The notes beneath the pieces were generated by a model. The model ran no database searches, was not told the DNA's origin, and saw only the letters and a list, made by a program, of their open reading frames with translations. This document shows positions 13,158-25,247 of a stretch of DNA of 64,000 bases, piece by piece. The DNA comes from the human T2T-CHM13v2.0 reference genome, Homo sapiens. The position numbers and the translations under genes were made by a program. The first letter of the stretch is position 1, and every line of letters begins with the position of its first letter. Location: the NCBI RefSeq assembly GCF_009914755.1, contig NC_060927.1, one strand, 5' to 3'.

Positions 13158-14412
13158 ATCCCTGCTGACCTACTCTCTAGAAAAATATACAGGAATAATT
13201 TATAACCCAGAAGTCATTTATAATTAGATATTAAAATAAATACCAAGATTCATTGAGTTAAAACACTTAGGATTTGTACATTTTTCTGTAGTATTTTACA
13301 TTTTAATGTAAATTTTACTTTTAAAAGATCTCTAGTTTTAGAAGGTTGTTATTACTGTGTCACAAATAATAACTGCTATGACTTCATAGGTTACTAATCA
13401 GCAAACAGTTTAAATATTTAATTTGAACTCAGGTGATCTGTTTACAGATAATTATACAATGTAAAAAGATAGAGGGAAGTTTGTCATTAAAAACTGATTG
13501 CATTTGGCAATAACAATTGAATATTTTAAATTTTAATGTTATATGTTGCAACATTATCTTGTAAAATAAAAACTATAATAATCTATTCAAATTACAGTTA
13601 TCATATAAATATCTATTATTTGCTTTTCTTAACATTGTTGAGTCAAGTCCTTAATTCTAGTGAAAAGTGAATACAAATCTGTGAAATATTAATATGAATT
13701 ACATTTTAGAAAATAGGCTTCATTGAAGCATCCAAAAATAGGAAAATAAAATAATGAAAATGAACCTCAGATTTAACGTATGTGGATATTATGAGTCAGC
13801 CCATAGGTCAGGACTTTATTTAAAGCCTCACTGCTTTATTTAAAATGTCAGAAATGGTAGTGTTCATTTGTTCAGATCCTAGGTGAATACAGCAGGCCAT
13901 CCTAAATTACTTTGCATATGTTGCTTTTAAGCAGAAAAGCTAAGGATAACCCGGGAAAGAAAACTTGCAATTTATTTAACATCATGACCTATATATGCAG
14001 AAAGGTAGGCCCCTGCTCTCTGTCATGGATAGGAGAGAAGAGAGGATGCCTATGCTCTGGTGACCGCACCTCTTAGATAACGCAGGCCAACTGCTGTCCT
14101 GTTTGTCCCTGAGGCGAGAGCGAGGAGATGCGAGGAACACAATGAAGGAGGGGACTCTAATGCTTCAAGGGGTACTGCCAATCATGGCACACGAGAAAAC
14201 ACATGCAATTCATAGTGCCAGTCAGCACTTACTTCGACTGAAAGAAAGTAAAATGAGGCAATAACACCCAGACCTTGCTAAAATGTACAATGTTTCCCTT
14301 TCTTACTCTCTTCATATATCTCCATATATCTCTCTTTGGGATGACTATTTTCTCCAAAGGAGACAGTGTCTGTTGGAATGTGTATGTATTTGAGGTGATC
14401 TATATCAGCATC

Positions 14413-14987
14413 TGTGATGGTTCATGTTCTGTGTCAACTTCACCAGGCTATGGCCAGCTGTTTGGTCAAACACCAGCCTAGATGTTGCTGTGAGGGTACT
14501 TTTTAGCTGTGATTAACGTTAACAATCAGTTGTCTTTGAGTGAAGATTAACATGAAATCAGTAGACTTTAAGTATGCAGAGTGCCCTCCGAATGACAGTG
14601 GGCCTTGTATAATCCATTGCAAGCCTTAAGAGCAAGATGGAGATTTCCTGAAGAAGAAGAAATTCCCCTCAAGACTGCAACATCAACTCTTGCCTGAATT
14701 TTCACAAATTTCAGATTTGCTAGCCCACACAATTGTGTGAGACAATTCCTTAAAGTCTCTCTATTATATGTAATATAAAGTTCAAAAGCTATAGAGAGAG
14801 AGCTTTCAGAAGTGCTCTCTCTCTCTGTATATGTATATATACACACATAGAATATGCATTATGTATAGATATATACATATAATCGAGTATGTATATGTAT
14901 TCATATATATATACATATATACACACACACACACATATCCTATTATTTCTTTTTCTCTGATTTCTCTGGAGAACCTTAAGTAATGCA
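14413..14987 (+). mobile_element. MLT2D-like solo LTR with internal (TA)/(CA) microsatellite
   Basis: Starts tgtgatggtt...tgtcaactt and ends ctggagaaccttaagtaatgca. 5-bp TSD gcatc/tcatc. Confidence 0.85.
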
Positions 14988-16573
14988 TCATCCTTCTGAA
15001 AAGAAGATCTAGAACATTACAACCAACCACTGTCACAAAAGGACTCTAGTACCAATCAAGCTTGCTAGAATGAGGCTGTCACACCTGACTAGGAAGGTCC
15101 TTCTGCTGATTCTAGCAAGCTGAGGAAAATGGTAGAGGGTAGGTAGAGGGTAGGTAGAGGGTAGCTTTCCCAAGGCTCTTGGTTGACCACAGTTTGTTCT
15201 GCTTAAAATATAGTATATATGTTCTTAAGAAGTCTTGTTACAAAAGTACCCATAAAGACGAGCTTCAGTTGGAGAAGGAAGGGGATTCAGGCCTAGAGAC
15301 TTTCAAATGCTCAGTAGTAAAGTCCTGTTTATCCTGTGGGAATTTTGATCATGATAATTTTTAATAGCTGCAGAATTAATCTGTAAAACCCAAACATCAC
15401 TGAGCAGGGTTGGACCACATCTAGTTTTTGCTCGTGGGTTCAGGCCTTTCTTCCCCTTTCTCTGCCAGCAGTTTCATTAGTTTAGGGAGCCAAACCACAT
15501 GAACAAAGTAGCCTCCTGCATTGAGGGTTGGTCCTAAGAACTGCTAGTTCGTCATTACCAGGCCAGACTAACCAAAGACTTCACCTGAAAAGCTAGCCTT
15601 GTCCTTAGGTAGTTCCCTCACATTCAATTAGCATTACAAAAACACATGGTGCAGGGAAAAGGCTCTCATTTCAGTGTGAGTCATCCTGTGGGCAACTTGT
15701 GATCAAGGTTTTTCAGCTGTGAGCTAGTAGAGTTAGGTGCAGAGATTTAAAGTCCCCTCATTCTTTTTTCTTTTAGTCAGTTCAGAAGCTAGAATTGGGG
15801 GTTTGCAATGCAATGGTAACCCCAAGAATGCATGGCATATTCCCTTAGAAAAGACTATTTAAAATCAGAAACCCAATTGGATGCTTCTGCCAGTATCTAC
15901 CAAAGATTGATACTTTGATTCTACAGATGAGTCCTGCACACAAAGACGTGGAGACAAGGGGCACAGTTTGCACTGGGGAAGCTCGAGGTCTCTGACTCCA
16001 CCTCACATGCCAACCATAGTGGGTTGTAGATATATCCCAGAATATATTCATTAATCTACAAATAACTATTGAGTGCCCGTGATATGCCCAGTACTTTTCT
16101 AGGTGCTGAAATCTGTGTGCCCAGTTTCCCAGAAATGGTCTGGGTACGGCACCTCTCTTAAGAATCTTTCATTACAGGGAGAGGTGTATGGAACTTGTGA
16201 GCTTGGCACTAGTACATGAGAATACTTGTGGCTACAGTGAGACAGAATATTCTTGATGGGAATATTACATGTTCCAGAAATCTGTATGCATAGGCCATAA
16301 ATTAATTGCCTGATCACCTTACTTGGTACAAATTCCTCCAATTTCCTCTCCCACAACCCTACTAATGGGGAGTTTAAAAAGATGAAATGGCAAAGACACA
16401 GTGGTGCCCAGGCCACAGCTGGCCAAAGGTCCTGAGAGTTTTCAAACTGTATTTTGGTTTGGGGTTTTTTGTTGTTGCTGTTTTTTTTTTTTTTTTTAAT
16501 TGTGAAATATACTTACTCAATTATCAGGCAGAAAGGAGAAGGAGAGCACCCTCAAATGTAGAATGTAATAAAG

Positions 16574-17379
16574 TGAGGACTAAACTCTGATCTTTTTCTT
16601 CTCTTGCCCAAATTCCTATCTAAGGGGACTGGAGAGTCATACCCTACAAACCATAAAATCTCATCAGAGGAGTTTCATTTAACCCTATATAATGTGGCCT
16701 GCTTTCCAATGTTGACTCTGGCACAATACCACATGCCAGACAGAAAAACGAAGGAAATCAAAATAATTTATCCCTGAATATGTTTCTTTGTCATATTTTT
16801 AAATGGCCTGCATAGCTGTTCAGTGGCGGTAGGTGGGGCAAGGGGATTGCATCTGTAAAGAATATCTATTACTATAACTAGATCTTTTCCCCTTCCAGTC
16901 TCTCCCAGTCCTGAAGAGATTAACTGAGAGTCCAACATCTTTTAGAGATCTGAATAGCAAACACTTGTCAACTAGAGTCTCTAAGGGCAGCCACGCATGA
17001 GGCTTCATGTACATAACAAGAACCGCAGTCTCCACAATCCCTTATCTTGAACCTGACACTCCTTTCTGTTGATTCCAGGACTTTAGATCATAATAACAAT
17101 TCTTTCAACCAATTGTCAGCCAGAAACTCTTTGAATCCACCTATGACCTGTAAGCTCACCCCGCCCAACTTAGAGTTGTCCCGCCTTTTGAACCAAACCA
17201 ATGCATACCCCATATGTATTGATCATGTCTCCCTAAAATGTATAAAACCAAGCTGTGGCCCAACAGCCTGGGCACCTACTCAGGGCCTCTTCAGACTGTG
17301 CCTCAGGCCTTGGTCACTAATATTTGATGCACAATAAACCTCTAAAATATATTACAGGGTTTGACTCTTTTCACTGACA
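16574..17379 (+). mobile_element. MER4E-like ERV1 solo LTR
   Basis: Starts tgaggactaaactctga...cccaaattcctatctaagggg, has AATAAA, and ends tttcactgaca. 4-bp TSD aaag. Confidence 0.85.
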
Positions 17380-17573
17380 AAAGGATAATTTTTGAAGATA
17401 AGGACAGGGTTAGGAAGACAATAGGAAGACAATAGATAAGGACAGGGTCAGGCCTTGGTCACTAATATTTGATGCACAATAAACCTCTAAAGTATATTAC
17501 AGGGTTTGACTCTTTTCACTGACAAAAGGATAATTTTTGAAGATAAGGACAGGGTTAGGAAGACAATAGGAAG
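17303..17573 (+). repeat. 126-bp tandem duplication with a 19-bp templated junction
   Basis: 17303-17428 and 17448-17573 differ at one base. Confidence 0.95.
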
Positions 17574-17806
17574 CAGGGAAGCACCTGGGGCCAATGGCTG
17601 TGGGGAGCACTTAGCTCCCCCAGTCCTGAGGTGGCAAAGGGAGGGTGCGACTACCTGCACGAGAGCTGTGGCCTTTGGGGAAGGACCACAGCATTCGTGT
17701 GTGGTTTGGCAGAGAGGGAGCAGAGGGGTAACCTCCCAACCTAATGTTCCCCTCATCCTGCAGTTTCCTGCCAGCACCTCCCATAGCCACACCAAAAACA
17801 GGGATG

Positions 17807-18150
<344 letters not shown>

Positions 18151-19389
18151 CTACAGTCCATAAAGATGAGCAGGATTGGAAGGGCAAATGGAAACTCACC
18201 AGCACAACTGCCATTCAAACAACGCATCAACAGCAAAAGTGCTAAAGCAGTTTGTATTGCTTGAACTCCTGCTCCAAGGTAAGGTGAGAGGCACCAGGAA
18301 CTGCATTCTCTCATTTGATCCTCCTCACATAACAGTTGAGTTATGTGAACTTCTGGATAAGGATCAAATCTGAAACTCTTAGAGCCCCAGAAACAGAAAC
18401 AGTGTTATATCCATGGGAGGCAGGAATGAGCAGTTCCTGTCAAACCATTTGAAAAGAAAAAGGGGACTCTGAACAGAATACGGGGGGACGGGGTCACTAA
18501 CAACACAATAGCTCTCCCCACCTCGCCACGTGCACAACTCATAGCCTGGACTCCTGAGTTCTGGTCTCCAATTTGGCCACTAGCAAACCTACCTAAAGGA
18601 ATGCTTGGTTCCTAGTCAGTTGTGTTGACACAGAGTGAATGGAAATGAATTACTTCTCACTTCCTGGTTTGGAGTCTGTAAAATTATCACACTGTCACAG
18701 AAACAAAATTAGTCAAAGCCCCAAGTGAGTCATTAAATTAACACCCCGTGAACTTGACTCTCCTTACTTGATTCATAAGACAGTTTACAATTTTAAACAC
18801 CATTCTTGGGGAGGAAAATTTAAAAAGGGCTTGTGTGGAACTTTCTAGATTGACTTCTGGGATCGCCCAACTGATGGACATCCTCCATTTTTAATACATT
18901 GCCCTGTTGTTGACCCTGTTGTCAGGTTTGGTCGTTTGTGATTGCATGCAGGTGACTTTCTGTAGCTAGAATTCCACACCCTCATAGTATTAGAATCTGG
19001 TTTACCAGTTAGGATTGCATTGACCCTTGCAGTGAGCCTCTGATGCCGGCTGGAACTCAAACTCAGAGAGGGAGTGTTCATAGGCTCCCTAAGGGTTGGC
19101 TGCATTGGCACTTTTACAACCTGTGTTAATGGCCAGAAGCATATTCCTTGACCAGTAGGCTTGTTCTTATGGGCAGTGGATGAGGCCAGCCTAGCTCACC
19201 AGGTGATGGGTCATTAGGTAGCTGGGAGGTGGGAGGCCAGAGGTCACAACCTCCTCTTTGTCTAGCGTGTGAGATGAGGAAAGTGACTCCTGGGTTAAAT
19301 ACCCATCTGTGCTGCCCATGGTTCTTGGTGAGAGTCTAGCATCCCATAAAACTGAGCCAGCCTTGTTCGGCCCCACCCCCCGACTCCCA

Positions 19390-19835
19390 CCTCAAGTGCT
19401 GAGCACCTGCCTATCAGCCCTCAAGCCCTCCCCTGCCCTGCTCTGTGCTGCAGATGCCAGCCATGCAAACTGCAATTCCTAGGCTTCCTTGTCTACTGGC
19501 TTCTGCTTAGGTTTGGCTGATGGAAGGAAGACAGACAGGACATTGGAGGGTGGGAGGGAGGAGGGTAGAAGCCAGGGTTTCTCCCCTTATCTCTCGGCTT
19601 TGGCTCTCATGTCTCAGGCAGTGGCAGCATCTTCTTCATGGATCCAGCTCACACCTTCAGGGCTCAGGTGACAGCACCTCCACCTTCGTTCCTCCTACCT
19701 TAACTGTTGCTGACCTCTAGGTCACCTCACTGTCTCCTTCTATGTGCCCTATCAGCTTTTCTACTAACTCCAGTCCCCTACACCAAATTCCTAGCATGGG
19801 TTCTGTCTTCCTGTCTGGAACCATCTGATCCTCTG
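19390..19835 (+). mobile_element. LTR33-like ERVL LTR
   Basis: ccctgccctgctctgtg...ggcttctgcttaggtttggctgatggaagg motifs. Confidence 0.6.
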
Positions 19836-20879
19836 CCTCTCTTTTTATTACTTAAATAGGCTCTGCTACTTGCTCTTTCTAGTGTCTTCTGCAAAGATCC
19901 AAAATGCCTCTATACTTTCCACTAAGAGATCCCTCCCTTCCTTGGTCCTGGCCAGCCCAGAGCAGTCTGGACTTCGGATTCCTGGAGAAGGGTCTCTTTA
20001 CAGAACAAGCAAGGCCTAGGACCTTGAGCCCAAGGTGGCAAGCAGCCAACTCACTTCTACCTCCCTGAATTCTGAAAAAGCCCAGAGATCCCAGCATTTG
20101 CACAAAAGGTCACTGCTCATTTTAATCAAACCACATTGCTCTGAATGGCTGGGCTGTGGCCTTCAGTCAAGATTTCCTGCATGGCAGATTTTCTCTCCTC
20201 TTGGACAACAGTGATACTTGCTGCAAGCATCCAATAGGGCTTGAAATTACCCTGGCAAGTTGTTTACTCTTCTTGAGAGTGGCACTAGGCTCTGAGCAGT
20301 GTTTGTCTAGCACCGTCATTATTTTTATTAACTATACCCTTGCACTTCCAAAGTGTGCTGTAAGCTCTGTAAATATTTTATTAGCCTTTGTAATTAGTCG
20401 TTGCATTTCACAGCCCTGCTGAGAAGTGGGTCAGTGTGACAATCCCCATTTTACCACTGATGTGGAAAAGAGCCACCCAGAGATAGGAAAGAGGCCTTGG
20501 ATTTGAGGGCAGAGGGTACAGTTCTTTCTCTTTCAAGGGAAGGCATGGACTTTGCTGGAGTTTATAGGGATCTGATAGTGTGCAAATACTGAATAAGAAG
20601 AACAACTCTCCGTCCCCTGCAAATGGATGAAATTCCCTTACACAGGAAGGTGTTGAGAACTGGATTTTAAAAATAGGAAAAGTGGCTAATGCATAGAAGC
20701 TGCTATCTCATAGTAGCCACCCAAGAACCTCAGTTCCCACTGCTCTCCCTTTCTTGCCTTCTCATTACTACCTAACGCTTGATTTATTCACCCTTGGAGG
20801 GGGATGGGGAGCAGGAAGAAACAAAGACAGCTGCGGTCTTCAAGGAGTGTGGTCCAAGAATGTGACCTGTAAAATCTCT

Positions 20880-23800
20880 TATTGGAGATAGTTTATTTGT
20901 TTTCTTTTGTGATCAAGTATATGTTGATTTCTAAACATGTTTTCCAGGGTGAACAAAATCATAGACAGCTATTAAATTAGCTTGTTGGCTGTAATATTTA
21001 AATGCTTTCTACATTGCTTATTTTTAATGCCTTAATATACTGAATAATGAAAGCTGTAATAAAACCTTCTACTATCATTGTGATTTTATAAAATTCTCCT
21101 TATATTTCTAGGAGTTTTTGCTCTTTAGTTTGCTATTATATTTTTGAATGCACAAAGGTCTGTAGCTGTTCTATCGTCCTCAAGGATTATTTCTTTTATC
21201 ATAAACAATCTAGTTCTTTTCTTCAATTCATGGTGTAAGCCTCAAATTAAGTTTTATAGTAAAATGTCATCTTTCTTGTTTTTTAATTGTTTGCATTTGC
21301 CTGGTATATCTTTGATCTCTAAAATCAAGATTAAAATAAACATTTCTTTATTTTTTTGCTTTTAAGTATGTCTCATACACTTTATACAGATGCAAATTTT
21401 GTGGGGTTTTATTGTAGCCTGAGAGTCCTTTTTTTTTTTCAAGAAAAAGGAGAAGTCAACTCATTTATGATTATTAGTTTAAATGGTATATTTATTTTCC
21501 TTTTGTTCATGTTTTCTATTTATTATACTTGTTGCTACTGATTTATTTTTTTGTTAGTATGTGCTTGACTGAGTTTTTTTTCTATACTACCACCCCCCAA
21601 CTACCACCATTAATTTCCAACTGTTATTATGCTTCTCCATTTTGCTAGTGGGTTCCTCCCTATCTTCATTACCATATTTAAGCCTATATTTCCCATTGAT
21701 ATATGAGATGAAACAATGGCCATTCTGTCCCCAACAAGACATTTTGCCAGCCCAATTCCCTTTACCACTCCTTGTGAAGGGAACTTTGGAGCATTTCTTA
21801 CTTATTATAGCATTTCTTTCCTCCTTCAACTTTCAGTTTTGCTAAGAAATTATCAATTCTAAACCATTAGTTTTCCTTTTCAAGTATTTATCTACTGCTG
21901 CAAAAATTCTGCATTTACACTTTGCATTTCCTTGTTATAGTATCATCTTCCATTTAGATCTTTTTTAGAAAGTAGGTTATTTAATTTCTTTCCATTTTTG
22001 CCTTTGTTTAAAAGTTTTTAATCATTTTAGACTTTTCTTGGGTTTGCCAAGAAAGCAAAGGCTGACTGGGACTATGATCCAGAGGATGGCATGAGTGTCC
22101 AGACAGTGACAGTGGGAAGGAGGACGATAGGACAAAGATGCACTATTGCTCAGCCATGACTGCAGGTGACTGTTTGCTCTATCCAGGGAGATGCCATGAA
22201 TCCTGTCTCAAAACTGTCTGTCCAGAGGAAGAAAGAGGATGTGTTTATCCACCAGCTCAGGACTCTCCACTGGTCAAAAGTTTGCCTTCTGCAGCGTTAA
22301 CTCCCTTGCATTTCCAGGTTGCACAGATGTGGGAAGTGAGTGGGTTCCCACAGTGGCTCCTGCCTGGGATTTCACAGAGAAGCCCAAGAGCATGAAGTCA
22401 GAAGCATAGGGCATGGATCTGAGGCAAGACACTGTCAGGTTACACCTGCAGGAAGCTGGTCAGATCCTGTGTAGAACTGGTTACCACAGCTAAGGTTTGA
22501 ATAACACAGGTGAGGTAGAAACTACCTGAAGCAGTACACAGAGGGTTTACAATGCAAGTGTAGTGCCTACAAATAGTTACACAGTCAAATCATATCAAAA
22601 GATTTAGAATAAAGAATTACAATTCTCCTGCAACCCTTCCAGTCCCCAAGCCCACTTCCTAGAAGCAGTTTATTTTTGCCTCCTTGAACTGTTTTCTCCT
22701 GATATTAACCTGCATATTTCTAAGTAATTTTATATTGCCAGTGTTTAGAATCTACTGATCCCCTGTTTAAATGATTTAAAATTTCATAGTAATATCACCA
22801 AAGGCCACTTCTCTGCTCCCATCCTTCTAAATGCTAACTAGTTTTTTTAATACAGTCAATGTTTACATTATTGTGCCTATGTAAATGACATTCACAGTGG
22901 AAAGCAGAGTATTATATTTTTTCCTGTACTCTTTTTCATTTTCCTGAAGTTAATGGTCACCTGGTTTTATTCATTGACCTGGGCTTTTTTATGTAACTAT
23001 ATTTTTTTCCCACATGCTGCATCTGATTTATATCACATACTTACCAGTGTTTTCTTTTGGAATACTCCATAATATCAGATGACCTTTGAGTAAACAGTTC
23101 CCTTTTATTCCCTTTAGATCCCTCTTTTGGAGCCTTGTCTCTTCTGCGATCCGAGAGGACTGGTTCCCTAGACTTGCTACAAAATCCTTAGCAAGAGACT
23201 TCCCTTTGTGGTATTTTCTGTTGGAGACCATTTCTTGGACTCCATGTCTTCCTATTTCTTGGTTTACTCCCTTAATTTACTACAGTACCTCTCCCACGAA
23301 AGCAGTTATCTCCCACGAAAGGATGCCTTATGGGTTCTGTTTTTCAATCCATGCCTTTATTACTCCTTCACACTTAAATACTTTGATTGCCTCTATAATT
23401 ATAGGTGAATTTGGAAGATGTTTTTTCTTTGTCTTCTAACATCCAGTATTGCCCTTAGGAAGACCCATCCCTGCCATTCTGACTTTTAGTTTTCTGTCTT
23501 TTTTTTTTCTCTCTGGAAGAGTTTCGGAGTTCTGATATACCTGTGATATTCTAAAATCTCATAGTTTCATATTGGAGAGGATACTTTTTCACTCATTGTA
23601 TTGAGCCCTATCTGGGCCCTTTCAATGAAAAAGAAATGTATCTCACTTTTTTAGCCATTTTCTTTCAACAATTTGCTCTTTTTCTGGAACTCATCAATTT
23701 GATACTGAATGTCTTAAATTTATTCTTTGGGTATTTTGTCATTTTTCCATTTTTTCCATCATCTTTTTTCACAATTTCCTATGCATGTTTTATACATGTG

Positions 23801-24010
23801 ACATTTTATTTCATTTCTTCTCTTATTCAGCTTTTATAATAAGCACTTAAAAGGCACTCTATAACTGGTTAAGTAAATGTACTTCTCTGGGGATGATATA
23901 ATTATTTTTATTATTTCAGAGTTTTCTTCTGTTTTGGGTATTATCTTTTATCTCCAGACTCCTTTTAATTTCTTACTTTTATTTGATATCTTTCTTCATG
24001 TATGAAGTTG
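20880..24010 (-). mobile_element. Degraded old L1M (L1ME-like) fragments
   Basis: T-rich sequence resembling reversed ORF2 5' and ORF1. It seems to resume near 30480 (aaagtgagacactaaaa). Confidence 0.45.
22035..22550 (-). mobile_element. LTR16-like ERVL LTR
   Basis: gtttatccaccagctc...actggtcaaaagtttgcc...ttaactcccttgcatttccagg. Confidence 0.6.
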
Positions 24011-24033
24011 AGCCAGTTAAAATTGGGATTGGG

Positions 24034-25246
24034 GCAGAGCAATTAGGCAAGAAAAAGAAATGAAGGGCATCCAAATAAAAAATTAAAAATAAGTAAGTCA
24101 GATTAGCCTTGTTCACAGATGACATGATCTTATACCTACAAAAATCTAAAGACTCCACCAAAAAACTATTAGAACTGATAAACAAATTCAGTAAAGCTGC
24201 AGGATACAAAATCAACATACAAAAATTGGTAGCAATTACATACACCAACAGCAAACAATCTGAAAAAGAAATCAAGAACACAATCCCATTTACAACAGTT
24301 ACAAAAATATAAAATACCTAGGAATCAATGTAACCAAAGAAGTGAAAGATCTCCACAAGAAAAACTATAGAACTCTCATGAAAGAAATAGAAGAGGGCAC
24401 AAAAGAATGAAAAGATAGTCCATGCTCATGGATTGAAAGAATTAATATTGTTAAAATGACAATACTACCCAAAGTAATCTACAGATTCAATGCAATCCCT
24501 ATTTAAATATCAATGACATTCTTCACAAAAATAGAAAACAATATTCCTAAAATGTGTATGGAACTAAAAAAGACCCCAAAGAGCCAAAGCAATCCTGAGC
24601 AAAAAGGATAAAGCTAAAGGCTCACACTACCTAACTTCAAATTTTATCAAAAAGTTATAGTAACCAAAACAGCATGGTATTTGGCATAAAAACAGACACA
24701 CACAGCAATGGAACAGAATAAAGAACGCTGACATAAATCCACACATTTACAGCTTACTCATCTTTGACAAAGGTGCCAAAAACAGTCTTTTCAATCAATG
24801 ATGCTGGGAAAACTGGATAACTATATGCCAAAGAATGAACTAGATTCATTTCTCTCACCATTCACACACACACAGAATCAAAATGGAACCAAAATGTATT
24901 AAAACCTTGAATCTAAGACCTCAAAGTATGAAGCTACTAGAAGGAAACATTGGGGAAATTCTCCAGGACATTGGTGTAGGCAAAAAATTTTTGTGTAAGA
25001 CCTCAAAGGCACAGGCAACCAAAGCAAAAATAGTCAATTGAGATTATATCAAGATAAAAAGCTTCTGCACAGCAAAGGAAATAATCAACAAAATGAAGAG
25101 ATAACCCATAGGATGGGAGAAAATGTTTGCAAACTATCCATATGACAAGGGATTCATAACCAGAATTCATAAAGAGCTCAAACAACTCAACAGCAAAAAA
25201 CAAAACAAAACTCCACAAATAATCCAATTTTAACATGAACAAAAGA
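24034..25246 (+). mobile_element. Old L1 (L1MA-like) ORF2 3' part
   Basis: ORF 24109-24312 (FTDDMILYL) is the RT FADD region. Confidence 0.88.
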
Positions 25247-25247
25247 A

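Noticed and set aside
15130-15164. (GGTAGAGGGTA)-type short repeat as a G-quadruplex or regulatory element
   Set aside because: Only three units with too few G-runs; most likely ordinary slippage.
17303-17573. Repeat-spacer-repeat layout as a CRISPR-like array
   Set aside because: Only two 126-bp copies in primate DNA, and the spacer is copied from adjacent sequence.
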